In this document: in pieces, positions 42,981 through 59,901 of the stretch
How the letters are laid out: every line of letters begins with the position of its first letter
Position numbering within the stretch: the stretch's first letter is position 1
Assembly: GCA_963693365.1 (NCBI GenBank)
Contig: CAVNZM010000004.1
Location: 141,948 to 205,947, forward strand
DNA: 64,000 bases
DNA from: Amoebidium appalachense
Lineage: Eukaryota > Protista > Ichthyosporea
Reading direction: 5' to 3'
Made by a program: the position numbers and the translations under genes
Notes under the pieces: model-generated
What the model was told of the DNA's origin: nothing
What the model saw: the letters and a program-made list of their open reading frames with translations, nothing else
Database searches by the model: none

Positions 42981-49097
<6,117 letters not shown>

Positions 49098-50184
49098 GGT
49101 GGCGGTGAATTCTCTGTACAGTCACGCGTAGAGGGGCAAAGTTAGACTAAGAGTTTGCTGGTTTGTAGCTCCTATATATGGCCTTTGCTATGTTTCGCCA
49201 CCTCCTTTCAACTAAGAATCGACAAAGTGTGACCAAGAGCAGGGAGGCTCGCATCGTGAAATATTTTCGTGGTAAACGGTTCCCGGCTGGGCAGAACATT
49301 AAATGACTTTTGGCCAATTAAAAATTACATCTAGACAGCCTACCTGTACGTAGTGACTATGCTTACATATGGCAGTGTCGTTTCCCTGCAGTTTAAATTC
49401 CTTAAACAGAAAAAAAAAAAACAAGCACATGTATATACAAATAACATATAGTATCATAAAAATTGGTGCCAAGTTTTTTTGTATGAGACCAATTTAGATT
49501 TACTAATTGAGAATCTCAATGTGTTTGCTACGCTCTAGAGAGATCCAGCCAGGCGAACTGGCGAAATGTAGGGTTGAGTGATCGACGGTCATATACCAAA
49601 TCCTGCTTATAATGCTTAAAATCAATAATCTGAATAGAAAAGGGGTTTTGCTCCATTAGTAAATTAATTTGATAAACAAAGCGACAAGCAATTTTTGTAT
49701 AAGCAACATGGGGTGTCCGGCGCCTATTTCGTAGCGAAAACAGGCAAAAACCATTATTTCATCATAGACGATCGACCTCGAGGCAAGGTGGTAAGGCTAT
49801 GCAAGACGAGGCGTTGTCGGAGCACCCCGACTGCTTATATCATTTTTGCGCGTCTTTTTATTTCCTGAAACTTTTTCTTATGGACGAAAACCAACTTTAT
49901 AGGTAAAATCAGGGCCTAACTGCTTTTGAGAGGCTGTCGGTCTGAGATTTTGGCCTGTCACCGCTTGAGCGGCCCTTACCTTGGCCCTTACTTTTGGCGC
50001 AACCAATCACAAGATTCGAATTGTTCCGGTGAGCCATATAAGGTTAGGCAGATATTTGAAAAAAAACATTTTTGCTTCATTCTGATTGGTTGTCACACCA
50101 CGGGGTTTCCCGATTGTTCTTCGAATGACATTTGCTATCACTATCAGACAGTTCTCCAATATCAGAACAGAAAACGGTCTCTAC

Positions 50185-50284
50185 CCAGATGGCCAGATGG
50201 CCAGGTCAAATTCAGTGTGTGGAAAAAGGTGGATAAAACGGGATAAAACGGTGAGCAAAATGATCTGGCCATCTGGCCATGTGG
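50185..50284. promoter_or_regulatory. Inverted iteron module 1 (ccagatggc, 9-bp period), origin-like
   Basis: ccagatggccagatggccaggtca (50185-50208) versus tgatctggccatctggccatgtgg (50261-50284): 22/24 inverted match around an A-rich spacer. Confidence 0.55.
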
Positions 50285-50800
50285 CCATGGAATCTCTATA
50301 TCTAAAAATAGCTGCCACTGCGCCGGGGCGTGGTTCCGGGAGGCAGGGGAGGCAGGGGGGGCACACGTGCAGGGGAGGCAGGGGGGGCACACGTGCAGGG
50401 GAGGCAGGGGGGACACTCACTGCCACCACTGGGGGCCGTGGTTCCGGCAGCAGGGGGGGCAGGGGGGCAGGGGAGGCACACGTGCACAGGAGGCTGGGGA
50501 GAGTGGGGGAACCATGGTTGTGTGTATGGCTGAGTTAAGACCATTTGTTCATGTAGCACGATCTTCTAGCATGCACGTGTTGGAATGCCACCACTGGGGG
50601 GCCTGGTTCCGGCAGGCAGGGGGGCTGGGGGGCCACCCAGTGTGTGGGTGTGCATGTGGCAGGGGAGCAGGGGGGCAGGGGAGCAGGGGAGCAGGGGGGA
50701 CTGGGGAGCAGGGGGGCTGGGGAGACTGGCATGCCACTCACGGGGAGGATAGTGTATGTTGGCACGTGGGGGTGTGTGGGTGATAAAGGCAGAAGCCACA

Positions 50801-51127
50801 ACACGTGTGGTGTCTAAACAGCCTATAGGCATGCTCCGTGTGCAGGCACCAATTTCTACCCTCTTCTGGTTGGTGCCAAGAGGCAGCTCCCTACACGTGT
50901 GGTGTCTAAACAGCCTATAGGCATGCTCCGTGTGCAGGGCACAATTTCTACCCTCTTCTGGTTGGTGCCAAGAGGCAGTGCCCTACACGTGTGGTGTCTA
51001 AACAGCCTATAGGCATGCTCCGTGTGCAGGGCACAATTTCTACCCTCTTCTGGTTGGTGCCAAGAGGCAGTGCCCTACACGTGTGGTGTCTAAACAGCCT
51101 ATAGGCATGCTCCGTGTGCAGGGCACT
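50801..51127 (+). repeat. 92-bp tandem repeat x3.5, with an inverted copy at 54299-54442
   Basis: Units start at 50801, 50893, 50985 and 51077 and contain the palindromes ACACGTGT and GCCTATAGGC. Confidence 0.92.
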
Positions 51128-51425
51128 AATTTGTTGTGCCTTCCTTTTTTGGTTAGATCTATACCCGGCCAATGGTTAGCAGCCACGGGTTTGTTTTCAT
51201 CAAGCTTAGACGTGATACTTTGCCAACCATCAAGGCCGTTTGAGTGACAATGACCGTTGATTGGTCAGATCTATCCCATTGAGCCTTGGCACCATTGCTG
51301 TAAGCTGCTTTGTACCATGGCATATAAAAGCAGCACACACGGTCACATTCACTCATTTCAACACTGACACTCAATAGTAAAAGGCGACACACAACAAACT
51401 TGTTTTTCAAACACTCACACGAAAC

Positions 51426-52589
51426 ATGGATTCTTTGAAAGAGGAGCTTCAACAGCTGCAGAAGCGCTTTGATTTTCTGTACACGGACCATTCGTCTCGC
51501 TTAACGGCCCTGCACACCGACCTCATCAGCCTCCGCAGTCAAGTGACCAATGAGAATGCTGCGCGTACCCCCCGACCCCCCCAACCCCAGCCCTCTGATG
51601 TAGAGGCACGACTGAGGGCAGCCGAAGAGCAGATCAAGACCCTGCAGGCCGAGCTTGCCAGCCTGCAACGGGCTGCAGCACCCCGTCGGGATGGCCAGGT
51701 GGCCTATGAAAGCTACATTTTCAGTGGCCCTCGCAAGACTACCATTGCCGCCAACACCACCACTGTGACTGCTGACCCCACCCCTGCCGCCAACACCACC
51801 ACTGTGACTGCCCCCACCCCTGTCGCAAAGACCGCCCCTGTGACTGCCCCCACCCCTGCCGCAAAGACCACCCCTGTGACTGCCCCCACCCCTGTCGCAA
51901 AGACCGCCCCTGTGACTGCCCCCACCCCTGCCGCCAAGACCACTCCTGCCAAGACCACCCCTACCACCAAGACCACTCCTGCCAAGACCACCCCTACCAC
52001 CAAGACCACTCCTGCCAAGACCACCCCTACCACCAAGACCACTCCTGCCAAGACCACCCCTGCCGCTAAGCCCAGGCCCAAGCACACCAAAACACCTGAG
52101 ACTTCGTTGCATGACCATACGATGGACCTCGATGCACAGCTAACTAGTGTGAGGGGGGAGCTCCAGAATGCTCGAGAGCGTGTCAAAGAGGCAAAGGCGG
52201 CTGAAGATGAAATGGCGGAGGGCCTGGCCATTGCTGCTGTGTGTGCAGCCCAAAACACCATAAAAAGCATCCGAAGGAAGATTCTGCGACGGGAGAAGAA
52301 CTTGAAGGCATACACAGGTGGTAATGAGTCTGTCTCTTCACCTGCCTCACCCGCCAAACGCGTCCATGATCAATGTGATTGGGACTCAGATGAAGCATTC
52401 AACCCCAAGCGGCTCAAACGACGGGCAAATCAGGTACTCGATGATATGACAGATGACGAATCTGCGTCTGATCGTGAGTCGGTCTTGTATGACCGCAAAC
52501 CTGAACCCAAACATAAACAAACTGAAGAAATTCCCCTCATTGATCTTGACCAGGAAGAGTTTGACCAGTATGAGCATGAGATGTACTGA
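51426..52589 (+). CDS. Hypothetical protein: coiled coil, Pro/Thr/Lys repeat stalk, coiled coil, basic NLS-like patch and acidic tail (387 aa)
   Basis: Intact ORF with TATAAAA at ~51323; (PAKTTPTTKTT)n repeats; PKRLKRR. Confidence 0.75.
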   Translation: MDSLKEELQQLQKRFDFLYTDHSSRLTALHTDLISLRSQVTNENAARTPRPPQPQPSDVEARLRAAEEQIKTLQAELASLQRAAAPRRDGQVAYESYIFSGPRKTTIAANTTTVTADPTPAANTTTVTAPTPVAKTAPVTAPTPAAKTTPVTAPTPVAKTAPVTAPTPAAKTTPAKTTPTTKTTPAKTTPTTKTTPAKTTPTTKTTPAKTTPAAKPRPKHTKTPETSLHDHTMDLDAQLTSVRGELQNARERVKEAKAAEDEMAEGLAIAAVCAAQNTIKSIRRKILRREKNLKAYTGGNESVSSPASPAKRVHDQCDWDSDEAFNPKRLKRRANQVLDDMTDDESASDRESVLYDRKPEPKHKQTEEIPLIDLDQEEFDQYEHEMY

Positions 52590-52989
52590 TTTGATTGGTC
52601 GACTAAGTGGCATTCTCTTTTGATTTGTATTTGAATTGATCGGTCTTGATTTATTTGTTTCTTTTCTCTTTTAGTTTGTATTTGAATATACTCGGTCCAA
52701 GTTGATTTGTTCTTTATAATCTGACTAGACTATCATGTACGTACTTACTCTTTTTCTATACAATCACTTGTGTTCATATTAAAGGATTCTGTGTACGTGG
52801 ACCACGGAAACATACACCATTTTTTGCAGTGCTTCATGCTATAAAATAACCATGAGAGACACAAACAAATACACTAAGTGTGTACACGTCTACCCATAGG
52901 CCCAAGTGTTGACATGTCTGCCCACAGTTCCCTAAGGCTTAAAGCACACATCTGCCTGTATGCCATAAACTTTACTTTCACCACAAGAC

Positions 52990-53582
52990 ACCCACCTAAG
53001 TACACTCTGCACCACCCTAAGTACACTGTGGTGCACAGCCCCACCCTAAGTACACATCTGCACCACCCTAAGTACACTGTGGTGCACAGCCCCACCCTAA
53101 GTACACATCTGCACCACCCTAAGTACACTGTGGTGCACAGCCCCACCCTAAGTACACGTCTGCACCACCCTAAGTACACTGTGGTGCACAGCCCCACCCT
53201 AAGTACACATCTGCACCACCCTAAGTACACTGTGGTGCACAGCCCCACCCTAAGTACACGTCTGCACCACCCTAAGTACATGTCTGCACCACCCTAAGTA
53301 CACTGTGGTGCACAGCCCCACCCTAAGTACACGTCTGCACCACCCTAAGTACACGTCTGCACCACCCTAAGTACACGTCTGCACCACCCTAAGTAGACTG
53401 TGGTGCACAGCCCCACCCTAAGTACACGTCTGCACCACCCTAAGTACACGTCTGCACCACCCTAAGTACACGTCTGCACCACCCTAAGTACAGGCACCAC
53501 CCTAAGTACAGGCACCACCCTAAGTACAGGCACCACCCTAAGTACAGGCACCACCCTAAGTACAGGCACCACCCTAAGTACA
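52990..53582. repeat. Hierarchical minisatellite built on CACCCTAAGTACA (52-, 22- and 17-bp units)
   Basis: Seen directly; the core contains CCCTAA. Confidence 0.92.
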
Positions 53583-53903
53583 ATATGCACGCTGGATACA
53601 AATGGCTTGGTGTGTGTGTGTGTGTGTGTTTTATTTTGCATTGTGTAAGGGGCGCTTTTTTTTGTTCACACTGCTTTACTTCGTGTAAATAATCAGTGGC
53701 GAGTTTTTTTTAGTTCACGGTGTGTTTGCGCATCATAGGATTTTGCTTTATTTTGCACTGTGTAAGAGGGACGGTTTTTTTGGGTCACACTTTTGCTTCG
53801 TAAAAATAAGAGGGACGTTTTTTTTTGTTCACACTGCTTTGCTTCGTGGATAGAAAGATAGAAAAACTAAACACCTCCTGCCCAACCGGCTGCAAACGAC
53901 ACA

Positions 53904-54248
53904 ATGGATGAAACAGATACACAGCGCCAAGATGCACACACCAAGCAGCTGCAAGAGACCAACAAGATGCTGAAGGAGGCCAACGAGGGGCTGCACGGGC
54001 TGATCCAGCAGCTGAGGGAGTTGAACAACGACATGGACAAGGACAACGACGCGCTGCGCACAATTAACAAGAACCAGCGGGAGGTGATCAAGGGCCTGCA
54101 AGAGGAGCGCAACAAGGTGTGCGAAGAGAACAAGAATTTGGTGGTGGAGAACCAAGAGCTGCAGCTGGAAAACGACAAGCTGAAGAAGCAAAAGGACTTT
54201 CTACGGGCCTGTCTCATACGGCTGGGCCAGTCCGCTAAGACTCCATGA
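53904..54248 (+). CDS. Small coiled-coil protein (114 aa)
   Basis: Heptad-rich ORF with GC3-rich codons. Confidence 0.7.
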   Translation: MDETDTQRQDAHTKQLQETNKMLKEANEGLHGLIQQLRELNNDMDKDNDALRTINKNQREVIKGLQEERNKVCEENKNLVVENQELQLENDKLKKQKDFLRACLIRLGQSAKTP

Positions 54249-54298
54249 AACGGATTGATACAATCATGAGGGATAACACTTGCGAGTGATTTCAGAAT

Positions 54299-54442
54299 AC
54301 CAGAAGAGGGTAGAAATCAGTGCCCTGCACACAGAGCATGCCTATAGGCTGTTTAGACACCACACGTGTAGGGCACTGCCTCTTGGCACCAACCAGAAGA
54401 GGGCAGAAATCAGTGCCCTGCACACGGGGCATGCCTATAGGC
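54299..54442 (-). repeat. Inverted copy (~1.5 units) of the 92-bp repeat
   Basis: Reverse complement of the 50801 unit. Confidence 0.9.
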
Positions 54443-54451
54443 AGTGATGGG

Positions 54452-54588
54452 GTGAGTAGGATGAGTAGCTTGAGTACCTACTCATCTGGTCTCCCCCCGG
54501 GTGTTCCAATTTCCTTTTGGATTGAGATTTAGGTATACCCGTAGCCCACAGTAGATGAGTACGTACTCATTCTACTCATCCTACTCAC
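54452..54588. promoter_or_regulatory. Inverted iteron module 2 (TGAGTAG, 9-bp period), origin-like
   Basis: gtgagtagg atgagtagc ttgagtacc ... gtactcatt ctactcatc ctactcac, with a perfect 17-bp inverted repeat. More TGAGTA/TACTCA copies continue to ~54716. Confidence 0.6.
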
Positions 54589-54918
54589 TATATGACAATT
54601 GCATATTTTTATACCTAAAAAGGAAACCTTTACCATATTTGGGTGAGTAACATCTAGTGGGGGAAACTTGTCTGTGTTACTCAGAATGAGTACCCTGAGT
54701 AAGATATTGTTACTCATGAAACAAATAAAAAACCATTAATTTTATGCTCAGAGTAACTTGAATTCAGGGCAAAGGAAAACGTTGGCTTTTTTACAAATTT
54801 GTGTGCGCACACACAAGCATGCGCTCGGACGACACGTTGGGTGTGGCCCTGCTTATATACGCGTGCTGCACCATCCGGGGCGCAGTCGCACACACACACG
54901 CACTGCGAGATACCTGCA

Positions 54919-55437
54919 TTATTCTCTACACTGCCGCCTATTTTTCTGTACTGATTCATATAACTGCAGCGACAGAATGTCGCACCCCATGTCATGCCAA
55001 AGGAAGTCCTTCAAAAAGTCGATTCGCAGAAGGGTTGTTCGTTTTCTCTTTGCCTCCATGGGGACAGCTCGTCCCTCGCTCATGCCCTCCTCCTCCGTCG
55101 GATCCCTCGGTGGCAGCAGCGACAGCGTGGTGTCCCAGCGCTCCCAGGTCAGCCGAAACGACTTGCCCCAATCCAGGTCGATGGTCACCGCATCCCCGGC
55201 CCCCTCCAGTGGACACGTCGAAAACACCAGGTGGTTGAGTCCAGTCCTGTTCGACGTTTCCACCGACTGCAGCGGCAGCATCGTGTCCGACAGCATCGTG
55301 TCGCCCTTGCCGAGTCTTGCGTGGAGCTGTAGCGGCCGGCTTGCCACCCTCCCGGCGCCGTTCGAGTCGAACGTCATGTTGGATACAAGCAGCGACAGCC
55401 GATTGACAAATAGCTTCAGGTCCTGCTCAAAAGCCAT
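54919..55437 (-). CDS. Hypothetical protein (172 aa from MAFEQDLK)
   Basis: Intact ORF, with TATAAAA on the minus strand at ~55495. Confidence 0.65.
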   Translation of the reverse strand: MAFEQDLKLFVNRLSLLVSNMTFDSNGAGRVASRPLQLHARLGKGDTMLSDTMLPLQSVETSNRTGLNHLVFSTCPLEGAGDAVTIDLDWGKSFRLTWERWDTTLSLLPPRDPTEEEGMSEGRAVPMEAKRKRTTLLRIDFLKDFLWHDMGCDILSLQLYESVQKNRRQCRE

Positions 55438-56105
55438 GGTCGGTTCTGGTGCAGATGCAGACTGGCAGCTCCCCGTGTCAGACACACGCTTTTATACCCT
55501 CCAGAGTCCCCGCCTGCGTCGGCGCACACTCATTCGCAAGGTGCCAGTTCTCGAGGCGCTGCATGACCACGAGTGCGCGCTTGCGTGTTTCGGTGTGTGT
55601 GTACGTGGGCCCGAATCGGAGTGTGAGGTGCTGAGCGTGCGCTGTTGCACAAGCATGTGGACCGCAGGTGTGCGACCGGGAGACATTGTGGTGGCGTGCG
55701 AGATCAAGCGCGCGGAGCCCGGGTGGCGCAAGGTGTATCTCGAGCTCGAGGAGGGCGCGTGGACCAGCAACCAATGTGCCGCAGGGTGTAAGCGGAGAAA
55801 GTGGTTTCACTAGGAGAGGTCGCCCACAATTTTTGGGTGAACGTCATGTCAAAACGAAGAGGTCGGTCCAAAAAGAGGGGTCACAGACGTGCAAGGAAGT
55901 ACGTCTATGCAGACGAGTTCATGCCAAAATACCGGAGACTGGTGCTCCGACAGAGTGTGCGAGTAAAGCGCCAAGCACATTGATATTTTTATTTCTGTTG
56001 TTGGATTTACATTGTATATTCACCCCAATGTGAAGTTGCAAAACCATTATTTGGATCGTTGGATTTACATTATATATTCACCCCGAAACTGTTTAAGATT
56101 TTTTG

Positions 56106-56483
56106 CTATAAGGCATGCCCCACGTTGCCCGCGTTGCTCCAGGGGGTCCCCTCGTTCCACTCATCAAGGTCCGCACCCACCCCCTCGAACTCCTGGTTGC
56201 GGTTGCGCCCGTAGGCTCTGTCAAAGACACCCTCGCGCAGCGGCAGCCCTGCTGCCTCCACCACGTGGCCGACCTCTTTGAAAAAATAGTCAAGCCAGCG
56301 CTCACCCCAATCTTCAAGTGCTGTGCTCAGGTCCTCGGTGGTTGCGCCGCCCGGGGCCATGGTGGTGAACCACCATGTTCCTTCCGCATCCTCACCCGAG
56401 CACACCCTGTCCATGTACCTCGTCAGTGCGTCCTCCGTCTTGGCGCGCCCTACGTCCCAGCGGTTTTTAGGTTCCATTAGCAC
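56106..56483 (-). CDS. Hypothetical acidic, Trp-rich protein (125 aa)
   Basis: Intact ORF with natural composition; no motif recognised. Confidence 0.55.
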   Translation of the reverse strand: MLMEPKNRWDVGRAKTEDALTRYMDRVCSGEDAEGTWWFTTMAPGGATTEDLSTALEDWGERWLDYFFKEVGHVVEAAGLPLREGVFDRAYGRNRNQEFEGVGADLDEWNEGTPWSNAGNVGHAL

Positions 56484-56557
56484 TGCGATGCATAATCTCT
56501 GTGTGTGCTCCCCGAGTTGCTGGGGAGGGGGCGCTCCAAACTATCTCTTCGGAAGGT

Positions 56558-56812
56558 ATGACTTCTCCGAACATTGCAAACCTGAGATTTGACAACCCGA
56601 GTAACTCGACAGTGCGCAGGGATGACATTGCCGCCGACCCGCACGAGTACCACCTGACCATCGACAACAGCACGCGCTTCATGCTCTACATGGGCACTTC
56701 ATTGGACGACCATGATGCACAGCTCAAGAGGGCTTCGATGTGGAGGGGCATAGCGCTTGCATGCATGGTGCTGCTCGTGCTGCTCGCCGGCGTGCTGGTG
56801 TACAGGTGGTAG
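56558..56812 (+). CDS. Small tail-anchored membrane protein (84 aa)
   Basis: C-terminal TM helix GIALACMVLLVLLAGVLVY. Confidence 0.6.
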   Translation: MTSPNIANLRFDNPSNSTVRRDDIAADPHEYHLTIDNSTRFMLYMGTSLDDHDAQLKRASMWRGIALACMVLLVLLAGVLVYRW

Positions 56813-56843
56813 GGGTGGGGGGGGGTTCTCAGGTGGGCTGGTT

Positions 56844-56968
56844 GTTGCAGCGGTTGAAGCTGTTGAACCGTTGAGGCTGGGCGGGTCAACCCATACACAC
56901 ACAGACCTATCCCACTTCTCTATTGAATACCCCACCTTCAACAGCTTCAACAGCTTCAATTCTTCAAC
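56844..56968. promoter_or_regulatory. Inverted iteron module 3 (GTTGAAGCT, 9-bp period) directly upstream of the helicase; TATA box at ~56974
   Basis: gttgcagcg gttgaagct gttgaaccg ... ttcaacagc ttcaacagc ttcaa, with a perfect 14-bp inverted repeat. Confidence 0.65.
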
Positions 56969-57022
56969 AAGGGTATAAAAGGAGCAGGCATGCTTTATTT
57001 TCTTCAGTCTATTGTAAGCATC

Positions 57023-58474
57023 ATGAGTGCGCCACCATCTTATGATGCATTTGAGGATCTTACGGTTGACCACAGCATGTTGTTTGACCCCCACACATGT
57101 GTCCAACGCTCACATTGGACTATGGATCAGGTGTTTGCCTTTTTGAGCCCAAACATCGCATATGTCAGTAGGGAAGGTGCCTATCTCGTCAAGATTTATG
57201 ACCAGGACACGAACCTGTACAAACACCATCGCAAAACAAAGGCTGCACTCCAAGAGTTTTTGGGTGCCTTTCTATTCCAGCTCGTCCCTGGTGCAAATGG
57301 CAAACAGGACACGTACAACGGCGCAAACGTGTTGAAAACACCATGCTTTCCATACTACACCTGTTTTGTTTTCGACCCGTCATCTCCAGACCCACGCACC
57401 GGAAACACCAAGCCAGCCTACCTTGTCCAACGTTGCCGGGCATACAACATGTTCAAGGGGTTGGCCGTTCCCCATCAACCCGAGAACATTTCTTGGCAGT
57501 CGGGTTCTGTTTCCTTGTTCGAACGTCATGCCTTTGAGGTTCTTTGTAACAACGACCGGGAGAGCTTTCACTATCTGATGCAATGGGTCGCACACATCTT
57601 CCAGTATCCGGAAGTCAAGTCCGGGACAGCAATTCTCATGAGGTCGATTCAGGGAATAGGGAAAAACATCTGGTGGGAGATCATCGCCAACATCATTGGC
57701 AGCTGTTATTGCGGTTATATCACACACAGAGAGCATTTGGAGGGCAAGTTCAATGCACATCTGGAGAACAAGCTACTGGTTGTGTGCGACGAAATGGGTC
57801 TAGGCAGTAACAGGGAAATTGCGAATCTGATGAAGGCTCGCATCACCCAACAGGTAAACATGATTGAACGGAAGGGGCATGATGCCGTGTGTGTGAAGAG
57901 TTTTGAACGCTATGTCTGGCTTTCAAACGAGAAATGGCCCGTTCGTGTGGAGGAATCAGATCGTCGTTGGGTATGTTTGCAGGGGACTCCAGTGGTCTAT
58001 CCAAGAGCCTACTACCAGAACTTTACACGCTTCTACGAAGACCCGGCAAACCTACAGGCTGTGTGCGATTACTTCATGAAGATGCCGAATGTTCCCCGTG
58101 TTCTTCCGCTTCCACCCAAGACCGAACTCTGGTGCGAACTGCGTGAAATGACACAGCCAGATGAACTCCTGTTTCTCAAAGACATGGCGACAGGCGCAGA
58201 GGGCATGTCTATCGAGCAACTTCCCAACGGGGCCCGTGTTACAGCCACCACGATGCTGCATCTGTACAAGGAGTGGCTTTCACTCAACGGCAAGACCAAG
58301 AGCATCCCGTACGCCAGTGTGAAGAGCATGGGCTCCATGCTGGGCAAGATACTTGGACCCAACAAAGGGGTGCGGAACAACCACCTGACTGTTGCACCTG
58401 GGATGCCTGCGCTGTCCTCGACGGGAACGTCGTACGCTTTTGTGTTCGACCATGAGAAGATCAAACAGGCTTAG
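57023..58474 (+). CDS. SF3 D5-like helicase (DUF5906/NrS-1-type) with C-terminal winged helix; no recognisable primase domain
   Basis: YLMQWVAHIFQYP; Walker A SIQGIGKN; Walker B LVVCDE; LMKARIT...IERKG; motif C WLSN; Arg finger DRRW; C-terminal LYKEWL..NG..S.KSMG..L. Confidence 0.9.
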   Translation: MSAPPSYDAFEDLTVDHSMLFDPHTCVQRSHWTMDQVFAFLSPNIAYVSREGAYLVKIYDQDTNLYKHHRKTKAALQEFLGAFLFQLVPGANGKQDTYNGANVLKTPCFPYYTCFVFDPSSPDPRTGNTKPAYLVQRCRAYNMFKGLAVPHQPENISWQSGSVSLFERHAFEVLCNNDRESFHYLMQWVAHIFQYPEVKSGTAILMRSIQGIGKNIWWEIIANIIGSCYCGYITHREHLEGKFNAHLENKLLVVCDEMGLGSNREIANLMKARITQQVNMIERKGHDAVCVKSFERYVWLSNEKWPVRVEESDRRWVCLQGTPVVYPRAYYQNFTRFYEDPANLQAVCDYFMKMPNVPRVLPLPPKTELWCELREMTQPDELLFLKDMATGAEGMSIEQLPNGARVTATTMLHLYKEWLSLNGKTKSIPYASVKSMGSMLGKILGPNKGVRNNHLTVAPGMPALSSTGTSYAFVFDHEKIKQA

Positions 58475-58777
58475 ACGATCCTCAACGCTGCGCCCGGGCT
58501 TGGGTGGCTGGGAGGGGCACGCGAGCATGGGGCCGGGGACGAAGGGGAGGCCCGGCAGGCGGCACGGGGCGGGCGAGCGACGCATGCCCCCAAGCCCCCC
58601 ACTGGGAATTACAACCGACTGGGGCGGCCCACGCAGCGGTTTGGGTTGTTGGTTGGGAAAAGCACCGGTTGGGGTCGCATTGTTTTGTCTTTTTTTTTTC
58701 TTGTATGGCTTGTTGTGTGGCCAGTGGCTAGGACGTGGCTAGATCCAACAGCCAATCAAATTGCGCCATTGGGTTCT

Positions 58778-58950
58778 CTGTGGTTACTGTGGCTACTTTT
58801 TCTCTCTGTGTCTAGTGTGGCTAGTGAAATAAATCAGGGGCGGGGTTGGGGGTTGGCGGCTTTTGATTGGCTGTTGCTAGGGAGATCTCGGGTTTGGGGA
58901 TGAGTTGGGAAGAAGTGGACACAGTAGCCACAATAGCCACGCGGTTACAG
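58778..58950. promoter_or_regulatory. Inverted iteron module 4 (GTGGCTA, 9-bp period) upstream of nuclease 1
   Basis: ctgtggtta ctgtggcta ... ctgtgtcta gtgtggcta ... gtagccaca atagccacg. Confidence 0.55.
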
Positions 58951-58990
58951 CAGCTTGTCTCTTTGGGTTTTTTCTTTTTCTCGGGCTTAT

Positions 58991-59656
58991 ATGATGGCCG
59001 ACTACGACGAGGCATCTGTCAGAGACAGACTAGCACGATTCGAAGGCGGGCAAACCGAGGTGCTAACACCGGCTGGACGTATAGACGTGCTGACAAGTAC
59101 CGAAATCATCGAAGTTAAGCGGGCATCTAAATGGAAATCGGCCGTCGGGCAGGTGTTGTCCTACGGGGGGTTTTACACCCAGCATCGCCCAAGAGTCCAT
59201 CTATTCGACACAGCGCCGATCGAGGTGTACAAGGTGGCAGTTGAGACAATGGCACGTCTGGGCATAAAAGTGACAGTCGAGCCCGACACAATGGAGCTTC
59301 TTTGGGGTTTGCGGTCAGATCCCCTGAAGACTCAGGCTGAGATGCAGCCAGTGGTGTGTGATCTTCCTGACATCACTCTCTGCCGCGACGACTACGTGTT
59401 GTTTCTCAAGAGTTTGGCCAACGATAAGGGTGGCACTCCGCACATCAAGGACGGCTCAATCACTGATTCCGCATCACTTTTACCCGTTTTCCAGGTCTGG
59501 TGCCAGGAAAATGGCAGAGACCACAGCAAGGCTAGTGTCAACATTATGGGCAGGACCCTCCGGCTGGTGCTTGGAGAGCGTGTGAGTGTTTATGTGCCGG
59601 GGTCCACCATCGCAAAAGGGTACAGGGTATCCTTCGCAAAAATACAGGCAAGCTAA
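58991..59656 (+). CDS. PD-(D/E)XK nuclease fused to a D5-type C-terminal winged helix (paralog 1)
   Basis: E..VRDRL..EV.TPAGRIDVLT..EIIEVK...WKSAVGQVLSY; the C-terminus aligns to the helicase C-terminus. Confidence 0.8.
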   Translation: MMADYDEASVRDRLARFEGGQTEVLTPAGRIDVLTSTEIIEVKRASKWKSAVGQVLSYGGFYTQHRPRVHLFDTAPIEVYKVAVETMARLGIKVTVEPDTMELLWGLRSDPLKTQAEMQPVVCDLPDITLCRDDYVLFLKSLANDKGGTPHIKDGSITDSASLLPVFQVWCQENGRDHSKASVNIMGRTLRLVLGERVSVYVPGSTIAKGYRVSFAKIQAS

Positions 59657-59901
59657 CAAATTGCTACGTGCCACAGCGAGGCCCAGCAGATTTGTTGTAG
59701 ACCACCCCGGGCCTGCGAGGGGCCTGGGGGCATGCGCGGCACGCGAGGCACAGGAGGCACGCGTGGCTGACGGGGCACCGGTGCACACAGGCCCCTCCCA
59801 GCCACCCCCAGTACACACAGGCCCCTCCCAGCCACCCCCAGCCACCCACTGGCAACCAACAATCGACTGGGGGTGATTTTTATTTTCTTGTGTTGTAAGT
59901 G

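Noticed and set aside
50801-51127. CRISPR-like array of palindromic repeats
   Set aside because: The whole 92-bp units are near-identical tandem copies with no variable spacers.
52990-53582. CRISPR-like array
   Set aside because: The sequence between repeats is itself repeated, so there are no unique spacers, and no cas genes are present. It is a minisatellite.
54758-55435. N-terminal part of the 351-aa plus-strand ORF
   Set aside because: It is the Ser-rich antisense shadow of the minus-strand gene 54919-55437.
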